Source of the DNA: Callorhinchus milii
Taxonomy: Eukaryota
Length of the DNA stretch: 64,000 nucleotides
Direction of reading: 5' to 3'
Assembly (NCBI RefSeq): GCF_018977255.1
Contig: NW_024704743.1
Location: forward strand, 31,932,001 to 31,996,000
Of the stretch, positions 38,091 through 51,656 are shown piece by piece (the first letter of the stretch is position 1; every line of letters begins with the position of its first letter). The position numbers and the translations under genes were made by a program. The notes under the pieces were generated by a model, which worked only from the letters and a program-made list of their open reading frames with translations, was not told the origin of the DNA and searched no databases.

Positions 38091-38589
38091 ACAAAGTTCA
38101 CACTGGAGTGAAATTAATAGCAGAAGCAGCTCTATAATGTAATTGTGGCTTCATTTATACTCTGAAGAGACGACAAATGAAAAATCAGATTTCAGGCTTA
38201 TAAGAGAAAGATACGGATGAATAAAGTCATTTGACTTATTCTTCTCTACTCATCTTCAAGAGAAATTTTTTATTTGGATCCCCTTGTATATAAATATTAA
38301 TTCTAAATAATGCCAGGCTTCTTTTATCTTTGTGTAGATTAAATCACTCTGTAAAATCTGTTTTAGGACATTTTGTTTCTCCTCCAACTTTCTCCCCTCC
38401 AACCCTGAATCAAGGGCACTGGCACATCTAAGCGGTCAATCCTCATGACTGAGCCTGGAGTATGAGTGTCCACAAAATGCGTAAATATGAGAATCATCAT
38501 AGTCCAGCCTTATCCCGTTCTTGCCCAACTGTGTTTTCTCTTGGCATTCTTACATGAGCAGTTTTCAGCAGCAGTCACTGGATAGTGAT

Positions 38590-39470
38590 CCAGAGTGGCA
38601 ATATGGGCAGGATTTGGAAGGACAGACCAGTCACTGGCTTGACTATGCAAATGCCCTGCTTTTCAGCCTTCCCAACTCCTCCCTCCACAAGCTGTAGATA
38701 ATCCGGAACTATGCAGCCCGTGTCCTCTCCCGCACCAAACTCCGTGACCCCATCTCCCCCATTCTCGCCTGACTCCATTGGCTCTCTATCCTTCAGAGGA
38801 TCCAGTTCAAAATCTTGGTCCTCACCTACAAAGCCCTCCATGGCCTCACCCCACCCTATCTCTGTGACCTCCTAGCCCCCTACCAAACCGCCCGCTCCCT
38901 CCGCTCAGCCGGCTCCGGCCTGCTCCACATCCCCCGCCCCACCATTGGCGGGAGCCCCTTCAGCCACTCTGCCCCCAACCTCTGGAACTCCATCCCCCAA
39001 TCTCTCTACCTCGCCCCCTTTTTAGCCTCCTTCATCCCGCCTCAAAAACCTCCTCTTCGACCATGCAATTGGTCACCCTCCTTCTCCTCCCCTCCCCTCC
39101 CTTCTCCCCCCTGACCCCAGTTCGGGTCTGAAATGCTGTATACTGTCCAGCATCTTGGGATGTCATCCCGACGTGAAAAGCGCTATACAAATGTAATCTT
39201 TNGTTGTTGTTGTTAGGAAATCATCCCACTCAGCTCCTGCAAGCCAAAGAACTGATGGGTAGGGTGGTTCTAGCTGGACAAGCAGCAGAAAAGCTTGCCA
39301 GACAGCAATATCAATAGCAAGCTATGCGGTTTTAACTGGTTAGACTCCAGCAGTATCCAAATGCATACTCTGGGGTCCCCCAGCCTTGGTTCTTGCCAAT
39401 CTGTGTCTAATACTTTCTGGAATTAGGTAAGCATAATGCGTCCTTCCAAGGGGAGGGTGCGCATCCCATT
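38590..39470 (+). mobile_element. LINE family X 3' fragment interrupted by an L2
   Basis: cagaccagtcactgg, then L2, then cccactcagctcc...ctagctggacaagca...tggggtcccccagccttggttcttgccaa. Confidence 0.7.
38638..39214 (+). mobile_element. L2 3' region
   Basis: LTYKALHGLTPPYLCDLL...LRS...APNLWNSIP; (ttg)n tail. Confidence 0.93.
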
Positions 39471-40234
39471 CATGTGCCAAATGGACAGGAAGTGACATAG
39501 CAGAAGCCAAATGACCCAGAAGTCGGACATTTTCTCAAGCTTTGCTTATGCCACAAACTCTGAGATATCAGACCCAGAGGACTGTGGTATAAAACATGCC
39601 CCGTATTCAGTGACATCTTTCTACAGTAATCCTGCCTGTATGCAGCGACACACAAAGTGCTTGATTTAGGTGGTGCGGATGAAAGTAGCTTACAAAATGC
39701 AGCCCTATTGGAGTCATTATATTTTTGGCTGTAGGTTCATTTTCTTTCTTTGTCTAAATTTTAGTATGCAGTAATGGCACTGGCTCCAAAGAAGTAGCAG
39801 GTGAAAGAAACAACCTTGGCAACAATTACGAGGTGCATGTGGCACAACAACAACTGAAAATAACAAGCAGTGTACGTCAGCCATCAGCTGTCATCTGCTG
39901 GTGCTAATCATGTTGATTATGCTTTAAGTGCTCTACAAAAGTAGCACCTTCTTGTAGATAATTATTGGCGCCTGCAGAGAAATGCTCTCTGTCTGTCCGT
40001 TATTGGTCTATCTTTATATAAAAAAGAGTAATATTAATAATGAGGCATCAACAATAGAAATGGCAATCTGATGAGTATGACGTTTATATAGTATCAGGCG
40101 GCTTGTTATCTGAATTGGATTTTAATTAGCTATTTTCTACCTAGCAAATGAGCAAATTAGTCAAGAGTCATAAATAAGCACAGGCAATGTGCCCAATAGA
40201 GCTGTGGCTTAAGTGAGAAGACCATCATGGGGAG

Positions 40235-40375
40235 AACAGGTTCAGAAAAACTATCAAACAAATCAGACCATTTGGCTCAACCAGTCCACGCCAGTGTTTA
40301 TACTCCACATGAGCCTCCACCTCTCCTAACTCTCTCCCATACTCCTCTATTACCTTCTCACTCATGTATGCATGG
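40235..40375 (-). mobile_element. CR1 tail remnant
   Basis: ccagtgtttatactccacatgagcctcc as at 8255. Confidence 0.6.
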
Positions 40376-42079
40376 ATAAGGTATCACTAGACATGTGCTT
40401 TCACCAATTAACTCATGACATTGCTGTAATGAAACAATGATTGTCCAGCCCCTTGAGATGTCCTCCCAATGTGAAAGGCCCTATACAAATGTATTATTAA
40501 TTAAGCCAAGTTGAGGAGAACTCCCAAATTTCCTCCCCTCTCAAAAAATGGACTAAAGATACTTGCAAGAGAGCCAGCTGACCTTGTTAAAGGCATGTAA
40601 AAAGGAAATACATGAAAAATTCCACAGCTGATGGAGAGTGAGTACACAACCCAGACACAGTGTACATCTCAGGGACTAGTAAATTCATGGTGTTTCGAAG
40701 ATACACATGGACACAGTTTGAAATTTGCTTAGAGGAAAGAATTGTCTTTGCTAGAAACATTCTTTTAAATACTCTGATTCACCACAATCTCTAAAATAAA
40801 GTAAGTGTGTTAGTAATGAAGGATCCATATAAAATTGCTCTTTTGCAGCCTCCCTCCTCCCATACATTTTCACCCTATATCACAAAAAGGATATTGAAAG
40901 TTGTAAACTCATTTTTGGGGTTCAGATACTATTTATGAACCACTTGAGTTTCAATCTTCTGCTTTCTGATTCCTTGTGAACTATTTAATTGAATTGCAAG
41001 CTTTATTAATCTCTTCAAGGTATCTACTGCTCTCTATGGCCATGATTTTATGGGCTCAGTAAGCCATCCATTCCTGTGTTGTGCAATGAACAAAATGTTC
41101 TTATGAATAAACGTTTTGCACAGAAAGAACTACGAGAAAAATAGAGACAAAATTAAATATTTTGAGGGAAGAACAGAATAGGATTGAACTGTCTAACTCT
41201 ATGTTTGTAACACTGCCACAGCTCCTTTGCCACCAAACTCCAAGTGGAAACAAAGACAAGGCAAAACAGAATAGGCTTCAAAAAACATATCAGGCGTCAA
41301 AAACAGGTAACATTTGAGTCAATAGTCATTGCTCCTGACAAATAAAAATAATTCTGACTGAAAAAAAATTAAGACACTCTTGGAAAGGGTCAATAGACAT
41401 ATCCCTTTTTGATTGACCTCAACTCCAGCTTACCTTGTCCTCCCGTAATTGTCCCTCAATCCCTTCTGGCCCCAATCTTCTGTCATTTAAAGTGTTCACC
41501 TCCACGGTGATCTATTTGAGAAGCCTACTATCCATTAAGGGAAATCAAAAAGAAAGTCAAGAAGCACGGTGCTTTTAAATTCTTTGTGCATTCTTTTGAT
41601 GGCACACACTTAGCATATGTAAGGGCAGCCCCATTAAATCCACACAATGCAACTGTAACAGACGGAGAATGGACAATGCAGAATCTTCTCAGTAATTGAA
41701 TAATTCAATAAAAATGATTTCAATGTAGGTAGCAAGAAAACCAATCATTTTATTTACTGGCTGGAGTCAAGAAATAATATTTCTAGGGCCACGGGCTATT
41801 ATAGCACAGTTGTGCAATTTCATCAATATTCTGTGCTATCTTTGTTTCATTAAGAAGTGCACTCAAGCACTGTTTTCATGACATGTATTAGACATTACAG
41901 ATTTCTTCTTTTTAATGAAGCCAGAAAGGATTCAGTGCTGAGCTTCCCCTATCTGTCTGTCCATGTCTCACACTCTCTTTAATCGTTTCACATAACTTAG
42001 TTATGAAGTAAGAGATTGGCTTGCAATGCACCAGTAATCCTAAACAGAAGCCTGCTTTTCAATTTTATTTCTAACCCAT

Positions 42080-42992
42080 CTGAGTCGAGAAAAACACAAA
42101 AATGACAGTATAGGAAGCCACTTGTCCCTTCGTACCTATCAAACCCTGGACGAGAGCTAATTTTCTTCAGTTGAACATCAATAAGACAGAAGATCTCCTG
42201 ATTAGCTCCTGTCAGCACCTCCACACCTCAGGCGCTGACAGCTTCACCGTCCATGGATGCACACTTCGCCTTACTAAGCCAGTCCGAGACCTTGGGTCTT
42301 GTTTGACCTTCAACTATCCTTTCTTCCCCACAACTGTGCCATGACTCGCCCTGCCTTCCCCCATCTGCGCAACATCGCCCGGCTCCGCCACTGTCTCACA
42401 CCGCAGGCCGCCGACACCCTCATACGAGCTTTCATTACATCAAGGCTTGACTATGCAAACTCACTGCTTGTCGGCCTCCCCAACTCCTCCCTCCATAGGC
42501 TGCAGATCATCCAGAACTCTGCAGCCCATATCCTCTCCCGCATCCTCGCCCAACTCCACTGGCTTCCCATCACACAGAGGATACAATTCAAGATCCTGGT
42601 CCTCAACTTCAAAGCCCTCCACGGTCTTGCTCCCCCCTACCTCTGCAACCTCCTAACCCCTTACCGTCCTGCTCGCTCCCTCCGGTCAGCGGGCTCCGGC
42701 CTGCTTCATATCCCAGCCTCGCTCGCCCCACTATTGGCTGGCGGGCTTTCTGCCACTCTGCCCCCACCCTCTGGAACTCCATCCCACAGTCCCTCCGCCT
42801 CGGCCCCTCCCTTGACTCCTTCAAGACCCATCTTTTTGATTGTGCTTTCCATCTCCCTGCTTCCTCCCCTGCCCTCCACCCGCCCCCACCCCGACCCCCA
42901 GCTCAGGTCCGAAACTCTGACTGTCCAGCACCTTGGGCCGTCCTCCCGACGCGAAAGGTTCTATACAAATGTAATTTTGCTGTTGTTGTTGT
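42080..42992 (+). mobile_element. L2 LINE 3' ~0.9 kb
   Basis: NFLQLNINKTE; HLRNIARLRHCLT...ITSRLDYANSLL...LHWLPITQRIQFKIL; tail. Confidence 0.95.
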
Positions 42993-43084
42993 GCTGGCTC
43001 CCCACTGGAGCTGTCTAGTCTAATCCCATTGGCCTGCTTTTTTTCCCCAGTCTTTAGCTACAATGTAGGCAGCTGCAGTTGTAA

Positions 43085-43250
43085 AATCATAGATATTACA
43101 GCACAGAAGGAGGCCATTCAGCCCATTGAGCCTTTCTATGTTGGTGCCAACTCTTTCACTGGCCCCATGGAATCCGAATTCCCTGCCTTTTCTCTTATTC
43201 TTTTACATTAATTGCTTTCCAAATACTTATCCAATTTCCTTTTAAATTCT
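43085..43250 (-). mobile_element. CR1 tail
   Basis: tacagcacagaaggaggccattcagcccattgag. Confidence 0.8.
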
Positions 43251-44869
43251 GATCTTTGCTCCTCAGTTTAAACCATTGATGTGATGAAGCAACAGTGGTT
43301 GTTTTGCACTTGATCAACACTGAAACTGCTCATTTCAAATACATCTCGATTGGTTTCTGGGATTGGCCTGGCTACCTGATCTCTAGTGAAACTATTCACT
43401 GAAAGGCCTACTCACTGTTGTCAGTATGGAGATCTGAAACAGTGGCTCGCCGAGGAGGAAGAAGAGAGGAATTAACGCACACCATTAATGCTGCCACAAC
43501 GTAGATTTTTAAAACATCAATTTGCTAGAATGCCTAACTGGTCAGCGTGCTTTACTTTGCAAATACCTCTCTCTACATTTTTTTTCTCCATTCAAGAGAA
43601 AGGTTGAATTAGAGCTTGTAGGGATAGTTTTTACTTTGAATTGAAACCAATAGTTTCGTCAAATACTGTATCATAATATTTAACAAATATCACGATAGTG
43701 GGATTTAATAAGAAATTCCAGTGGTGCAAATAGGCGGTTTATGTTATAATAACCTGAGGGAACAACCCTCTTGAATTGATCCACTTTGGGAACTGAGCTC
43801 CTAATGTTGATCAGAATTCAATCTTTATTTAATAATCCCAGCAAGAAACGCCACAAATTTAAACCCCATCTTCCAACTTAAGTTGTGTGCGTCCTGATTT
43901 TTATTGAACCATCTTCTCTTTGTTCCAACATTTTAATCCTTGGGGGCATCTGCCTCTGAATTTTCTCTCTCTGATCTGCTTCTTGCCTCTGGCTCTGACT
44001 CCATTAATCTCCCTGGTTGCTCGTTTTGATTAACTGAGTTAGTGCGTTACCTTAGGTGCATTTTGAATGACCTTCAACACTGCTTCAAATCCTATATCTG
44101 ATCCTTGACAAACAATGCCGTTGCCCAACTCTGGAATATTGTCTGCTGATTTCCCCATTTCAACTCCAATGGAGCCGAATCCCTCACCAACATTTCATTG
44201 CATTGTGATGAGTTGTAGATTTTTCCAGCCTTCTGCTCGCCCACTTCTTAAGAAACTTTTTGCCCATGTTCTTGGTCAACATTCTCAAACTCCCATTCTT
44301 TCCCACTCTGCTCAGTGATCCCCACATTGTGTTTACACATTGCTATGAGTTGTTATCTGGTGTGAGAGATGTTGTTGTTGTTATCGTGGTTGTTGTTCTA
44401 CCTACTGAGTTCCCATTTTTACTCGCATTATTGTGGAGAAGCACTGAGTAGAGACCAGGCACTTTCCCATACAGCAGGAGGGGTAGCTATCCCCAAACCA
44501 CACACACACACAAACACCACCAAGATCTAAGCAGCACTAGGAGAAGACTGGGAGCAGCTGAGACACTCACCCTTTTAGCTGGAGTTGATCTGGGTTCCCA
44601 GGAGACCTAAAAATGGGAAAAAGTAGAGAGGGTGGGTTAACTTCAAATCAAAACTAATCAATTGCATCTTATGTACACTGATTTTTAATGGATTTCTTAC
44701 TAATAAACCTGCTTGTCACATCGGGAGAAAGTCTCAAATGCTTCACAGGATACACTTTAAAGTGTAATGACTGTGTATTATTAGTAGATAATATAAGGGA
44801 ACTGGCAGTATGTTGCGTTGACCACTGCATTATATTGCTCGTATTGTTGTAGTACAATACAAAAGCAGA

Positions 44870-45180
44870 TTTATATTTATATAGATCCCTTCACATCGGG
44901 AGGATGTCCCAAGGTGCTGTTAATATTGGCTAGGCACACAAGCTGAGGGTGGGGCGGAGAAAGATGATTGAAATTGTGGTCGAAGAGGTGGGTCTTGAGA
45001 CGAACACTGAACAAGTGAGAGAGGGAGTGAGTTGGAGGGACTTCAGGATGGTGTTCCAGAGTTAGGGGGCAGAAAGGCTGAAAGCCTGCCTGCTGGGGGA
45101 CATGAAGCAGGCCAGTACCCACTGAATGAAGGGAGCGTTTGGGTCAGTAAAGTTTGAAGAGGTTGCACAGGTAGCTAGGG
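44870..45180 (-). mobile_element. L2 3' end
   Basis: ttcacatcgggaggatgtcccaagg; ggtcgaagaggtgggtcttgag. Confidence 0.85.
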
Positions 45181-45183
45181 GCA

Positions 45184-45358
45184 ATCACACAGAACTGTGG
45201 AAAATTCTTAATTCAGTCTTAATTTGGAAGCACCCTGCGTGAAGGGTGCTACATAAATGCAAGTTGTTGTTGTTGGAAACTTTTTTTTAGAATTGCAGCA
45301 AACCAGCTCCCAGATTAAGAGCAAATATGAGAATTTTCCACAATTTTGTGCAATCTTA
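45184..45358. mobile_element. Palindromic MITE-like element (family P) containing an L2 tail insert
   Basis: gtggaaaattcttaattcagtcttaatttggaagc versus gctcccagattaagagcaaatatgagaattttccac; insert 45232-45272 flanked by ttggaa. Confidence 0.7.
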
Positions 45359-47119
45359 AATGTGAAGACAAAACGACTCATTACAGCTGAGACTAGATCG
45401 AATTCTGGGCTTTCAATTAAATAATCTTATGCACATACCATCAGCAGAGTGCAGTACACATCATCCTCAGAAAAGATGCTCTCTGGAGAAAAGTGATATG
45501 GGAAATTATTTTTCAAAGGCTTTATTTCCTTTTGTTAATCAACAAACTGCGATTGTTAGCTCTGTTTCCTGAGGCACTGATGAAGTCCATTGCTTTCGTT
45601 ATTTCAGTGCACGTCCTTCCTCAAGTCTCTAACATGAAGCGACACCTCATTGCTTGCATTTTATGCAAGGGTTTCATTACTCTGTCTGCTATTAAGGCAA
45701 AATGCTCACATTTTTTTGATGAGCTGTCTCTGATAATTTACGGGGCCTTTTTTTAATGGTTGCATGAATCCCCAGTGAGTTTTTTACTTATTTTTTCATC
45801 ATGCAGCCAGAAAGCTTTCAGATCCTTATGACCCGTCTCACAGTCGGATTCAGTGAAGGCAGAATCAGCAGGAGGTCAGTGGGGGGCTACTGCTCATGAA
45901 TGCTTTACTGTATTTGGAAAACGCTCGGGAATCTCTTGAAAGTCATCATTCATTTAGAAAATGTTTGAAAACACATGAGATTTTGCTGTGTTTTTTGAAT
46001 TATGCTGTTCATCAAATTGTGTTCAAACCGTTGCTCAGACAGTGAAATAATACAGTTTGCAAACTGATTCCTTGTTTGACTTCCAATGTAAAATTCCCTT
46101 TACAGCTTTTAGATCATGCATGTTTTCTCAAACGACAGTTAACTCTTGCTTTGCATATATTCACAGCCGTCTGCAGTTGTAGTTCTAGCAATACCACTTC
46201 CGTAAGCTCATGTAGAATGTTTTATAGAATAGCGTCTCAGCTCTTCATTTGTATTGTGCATCCTCCCAACACTTTTTCTATCTAGCCAAGGCACCAGAAG
46301 TACACTGAGGTGCAGTAAAGAGCTTGAGCCACCATTTCCATTGGTGTGGCTAGAGAACCTGAATCCAAAACATTGGATTTCCAGCTCACAAGCAAAATAT
46401 CTTTTATTTTGAGGTTTGCTGGTTGAAAAACAATGGCAAGTGGAACAGAATTAACCAATGAAAAGAATTGCATAATCACTTACAATCTTTCCCATTACTA
46501 TCATTGGTGGTTAATTACATATAATCAAGGACACCTATATAGATTTGAACATGGTTAGCTCATCACTATAAGAACAACCTACACTTCAGACCATTTCAAC
46601 ACAAGTTTTATCTCCCAGATATGCTGGGCAGGCAGGCAGGCAGGCCAGGGCACGTTTTCTGTTTACTTTTCTCTGCTGGTTTATTTTTAAGCTCAGGCAT
46701 GCAATACCACATCCAGCTGCTTTATATAATAAAACACTGCAATGTGAAAGGGTCATGGTTCAGCTCCAGTAAATCACCAGCACCATTAGCACCAGAAACC
46801 TCAGTACACCTGAGACCTCAGCAACGCTCAATTTTATTCCCCTTGCACTTGCCAGTGACCTCCTCACCAATTTGACAATGCTTTTTCCTGATTTTTAAGT
46901 CAAAGAGAAGTTGAAGGAAATTTCTCGGTTTAATTTTTAAAAATTAGCTTGTCTTTAGAAACAAGACAATTTTAACAATTTTCAATCGCAGCTTTGAGAA
47001 AGAGAAACACTTCATATGATCGAATTGTCGGGTTCATTCGTATGTATTTTTACAATCCCTGAATGTTACAGCAAAGAAACAGATCACTTGGACCTTTCCA
47101 TATCATACAATTTACATTA

Positions 47120-48210
47120 TATACTGCCTTTCACTTCAGGAGGACATCTCAACGTGCTTAACAGTGCTGGCAGGGCTGGTGGGTGGAAAGCAAAGGGAGT
47201 GAGGGAAGGGACAGATGACCGAAAGTACGATCAAAGAGGTATGTCTTAAATCAAAGTTGGTGTTTTTCTTTACATGAACCATTTCATCTAACCCCACTCA
47301 ATCACCCGCTCCTATGAGACATATTGAGGAGTATAGTGAAAGGGCAGGGCATTGAGATTAAAATATTTGGCAGGATCTAATAAACTGGTGGAACATGGCC
47401 GATGGGCTGAATGGCCTCCTCCTGTTCCTGTTTTCCTATGTTCCTCAGACCATTTAAGATTCCTCTTTATCAAGCTCCAGCTGCCTTTTTAAAAAATAAT
47501 TATGGACTCTGCTTTAACAACCACCCTCTTGTGTAAAGACATTTTTTCTAACCTCCTCTTCAATTCTTTTTGTCATTATTTTAATTCTGTGACCTCTTTC
47601 TGCTGAAGTACTCCAACACATTGGATGTCAGCCACTGAACTGCTGTGTTTTAAGCTAACTTCCTTGACAACCCTCCCGCAGACACATACATACACACACA
47701 CACACACATACCTACCTACCTACATACATACATACATACATATATGTACCGCAATGTTATAATTTAATACAATACTGTACAAATTTACAAACTTACATTT
47801 ATGTAGAACCTTTCACGTCAGGAAGACGTATCAAAGTGCCTAACAGTACCAACTGGGTACCTGAACTGGGGTTGGGAGACGAGGGGAGAGAAAGATGACC
47901 GAAAGTGCAGTGACATAGGTAAGTCTGAATGAGGTGAAGGAGGAAACAGCTGGGGAACATTGCCCTTCAGATGAGATATTAAACCAAGATCTTATCTGCC
48001 TGTTCAGGTGGTTGTTAAAAAANTCCTTTGGGCAGTTTCTCTCGCTGTCCTGGCCTGCAATCCCCCAGATATGATTGGTCACACACTTCTTGGCTGTTTG
48101 TGGAACATCACTATGCAGAAAATGGCTGCTACATTCACCTGCACAATCACTCCACTTTACAGAAAATACTGTGAATCGTTTTGAGAGATCCTCCTGACAT
48201 GTAAACAATA
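47120..48210. mobile_element. Cluster: L2 tail (-), CR1 tail (+), CR1 (-), (ca)/(taca) microsatellite, L2 tail (-), SacSINE1 body (+)
   Basis: gatgggctgaatggcctcctcctgttcct; acacacac/tacataca; gtcctggcc...ggctgtttgtggaacatc. Confidence 0.7.
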
Positions 48211-49059
48211 AAAATATTAGGGTTAAAAAAAATCCCACTGAGGTTTTATAACCTGATGTTGGCCTTAGATCTTAATGTCTTAGACATTTGAATTACAGTA
48301 ACTCCCGATAGCTCATCACTCCAAGGAAAAATGGCTCCGAGTGGTGAGTTAGGCACATGTATCAATACATAAATAAATGTGGCTAGGATATTGACAGCTT
48401 AACTTAAATGATAGTGACAAGTTAAGCCAGTCTTGAGTTATCGAAATACAGAAATACTGAATTGTGTAGAATAGGCTTTTAAACTAAATTAGGATGCATT
48501 TTCAAAGCAAAACATATTACAGTGTACATAAATATAATAAATAATATTATATATTATTACATTTATATTACATATATTACAAAACATATTCTGAATCATA
48601 TTGAGCTTAACTTAAGAGAACAGAAAGAAAAGAAATGGCATTTTGAATCTTGCAGCATTTTTTCGAAATGATTTGTTGGTTTATTTACATTTCATTTGAT
48701 TGTACTTATGTGGAGTTTTGGAATGTACAATATTCATGAGGCCAATGCATTTCACTCTCCTATTAATTATTTTAAAATATATTTTAATTGGGCTCAGCTC
48801 AACTGTTCATTAATCAAACTAAGCTTCCCTCACGGCCTCAATTTTTTTTCACAGTTTTAGTTGAGGACATTTAACAGCCTGACACAGCGACAACAGAACA
48901 CAAGAAATATATTGGCCCAATTCAAAGTAATAGCAGTTTTATTGGAACCGTTTGGAGTTTGCCTCCTTCAAACTGCAGGTTTCCACAAATTGGTGAATTT
49001 ATCTGAAAAACACCTTGTGGGGAACGAGGCTCAACATTCTTGATTGATACATTTTAAAG

Positions 49060-49410
49060 TTCTTACAGAGATTTCTGTGACTTCCTGCAACCCTACCAAC
49101 CCTGGTTGCTCCCTCTACTCAGTGAACGAGAAGCCTGCTTCGTGTTCCTCCGCCTGATTCACCAATGTTGCCCAACCATCACCAGGCGAGCTTTCAGCCA
49201 TTCTGCCCCTACTCTCTGAAATGCCATCCTCTGCCTCGTCCCCTCCCTCCCCATCTTTAAAGCCTTTCTTTTCAACCACACTTTTGGGCACCTCTCCTCC
49301 TTCCACCTTCCTCAACTGCCCCCCATCCCCATTTCAGGCTCTTAACTGAATCAGTGAAGTGCTTTCAGATGTCCGCCCAACGTGAAAAGTGCAATAAAAA
49401 TGCTGTTATT
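49060..49410 (+). mobile_element. Old L2 3' end
   Basis: gctttcagccattctgcccctactctctgaaatgcc; gatgtccgcccaacgtgaaaag. Confidence 0.7.
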
Positions 49411-49827
49411 TGTTCAGACATATCACTGCACTGTTACCATATCTGAACTTTCTCCCTTATTATAGCACTGTATTCAGCATTCCCTCCATAGAATTGTATC
49501 CAGGCTTTCCATCTCAGCCCTCCCCAACCTCTCAAAATAATCAGCATGTCAGTTACACAGTACAGTCTATGCATTTATGAAGCCATATATCTCTTCCATT
49601 AGCTCCTCCAAGCAAGAATATTGTGGTAATATGGGATTAATACTGCATAACGCCTGGCGAGATGCTTAAATACCAGATATCAAAATATCTTCTCTTTTAA
49701 TTTAATAAATGTATAATTTGAAACTCTCCTTCAAAATAAAACTAAATCAAAAACAGTCTATTTTATTAAAAATCCTTTGCAAAGTACATTCCTCCTGCAA
49801 ATATTCAACCAAGTCTGAGCTTGCAAT

Positions 49828-49930
49828 TTAAGATTAAAATTGTGGAAATTACTTATTCAGTCATAATTTGGAAGGCAATATTCTGCAGTTCTTAAAACGA
49901 ATCAGTATCCAGATTAAGACTGAATCTAAG
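49828..49930. mobile_element. Palindromic MITE-like element (family P), partial
   Basis: attcagtcataatttgga versus tccagattaagactgaat. Confidence 0.6.
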
Positions 49931-49954
49931 GGGATAGAGAACCAATGGTATCAT

Positions 49955-50060
49955 GTGTCGCCCACAAAATATACAGTCAATTCACTTTACAATATATTCT
50001 GTGAAGCACTTTGAGACGTCGCAAAGACGTGATAAGGCAGTATATCAAATACAAGGATTA
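49955..50060 (+). mobile_element. tRNA SINE 3' end; its (att)n tail resumes at 51657
   Basis: cccacaaaatatacagtcaattcac...aaggatta. Confidence 0.85.
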
Positions 50061-51656
50061 CAACAACAACAATTTAGATTTATATAGCGCCCTCCACGCC
50101 GTCTTGTCAGCTGAAGGAAATTTGCGCTCATCCAGCTCCTGATGTCTGACAGGCAGGCTGACAGAACATCAGGAGACTGGGGGTCACAAAGAGAGGTGGA
50201 AAAATAGAGTTGGGTGTCGTCCGCGTACATATGGAAGTGTACCCCATGTTTGTGGATGACATCCCCAAGAAGGAGCATGTAGATCAGAAAGAGGAGGGGG
50301 CCAAGGATGGATCCTTGGGGTACCCCACAGGTAACCGGGTGAGAGCGGGAGGAGAAGCCATTTGTGCAGATGTACTGCTGACGGTTTGTGAGGTAGGACT
50401 CGAACCAGACAAGTACGGTCCCACTGAGGTGGATGACGGAGGAAAGGCGGTGGAGGAGGATGGCGTGATCGACCATGTTGAATGAGGCAGAGAGGTCCAG
50501 GAGGACAAGGAAGCAAAGGGAGCCCTGGTCACAGATAGAGAGGATGTCGTTTGTGACTTTCACAAGCGCAGTCTCTGTACTGTGGGCGGAAACCAGACTG
50601 GAGGGGTTCGAAGAGGGAGTGGGATGAGGAAGGACAGGTTAGAAATAGGACAGGAGTGGCTGGAGTTTGAGGGATCCAGGGAGGGTTTTTTCAGGAGGGG
50701 GTGATGACAGCAGTTTTGAGGGAGGCAGGGACTGATTCAGAGGAGAGGGACTGGTTGATGACGTCAGTCAGTAGTGGCAGAGGAGGGGGAGCTGGGTGTA
50801 TAGTAAGTTGGTGGTGAGGGGGTCGAGGCAGCAGGTGGTGGGTTTCATGGAGGTGATGGTGGGTGAGAGGGAGGAGGGAGAGATGGGGAGGAAGGAATGT
50901 AGAATGGGGGTGGTGGTAGGAGCAGACGATGAGGAAGGTGAGGGGGACAGAGAGGGCGTGGTGGTAGGTGACAAGGGGCAGGTGGATGAGGCTGCCTGGG
51001 GGATGTTAAGTATTTTAGATGAAAAGAAGTCCATGACCTCCTCGCACTTGGCATTGGAAGTGAAGATTAAGGAGGCCTGAAGGGGGGTACGGAGGAGGTA
51101 GTGGGTGGTGGAAAAAAGGATCTTAGGATTGTGTTTAGCCTCCAAGATGATGTTGGAGTAGAAGGCCATTTTTGCGCGTCAAAGAATGACGGTAGCTGTG
51201 GAGATGCTCGAGCCACAGTTGGCAGAGGACTGTCAGGCCAGTTTTTCGCCATCTGCGCTCGAGCAGACGGGTTTGGTTTTTTGGCGGCGGAGATGGTTGT
51301 TGTACCAGGGGGATCGGGTGGGTTTGGAGATGGTCCTGAATTTTAGGGGGACGAGGGAGTTGAAGGTGGAGGAGAAGCAATCATGGAGCAGCTGGACGGC
51401 TGCTTCAGGATCTCCGTGGGTGGAGTGGTGCAAGGGGAGTTTAGGTGGAGTTTGAAATCGCCTATTATGAGCAGGCGCTCGGAGCAGAGGGACAGGTTAG
51501 GAGAGGAAAGTAGAGATATCTGTGTGGAAGGAACCAGGGAGGCTTAGGGGGACGGTAGATAAGGAGGATTTTCAATGGAAGAGATTCACTTTGTGAATCG
51601 CGCCGCCCCGTCACTTCCCCCCCCAACCCCGCGCTCTCCTACCTCCGCTCCCGATT
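50061..51656 (-). mobile_element. L2 LINE, internally deleted, with both termini apparently retained
   Basis: APE fragments ILLIYRPP and LLIIGDF; RT LVLLDLSASF...GVPQGSILGPLLF...YADDTQLY; (caa)n tail; gatta on both flanks. Confidence 0.9.

Noticed and set aside
43280..43380. C/D box snoRNA (gtgatga...ctga)
   Set aside because: No terminal stem or recognisable rRNA guide; such motifs are expected by chance
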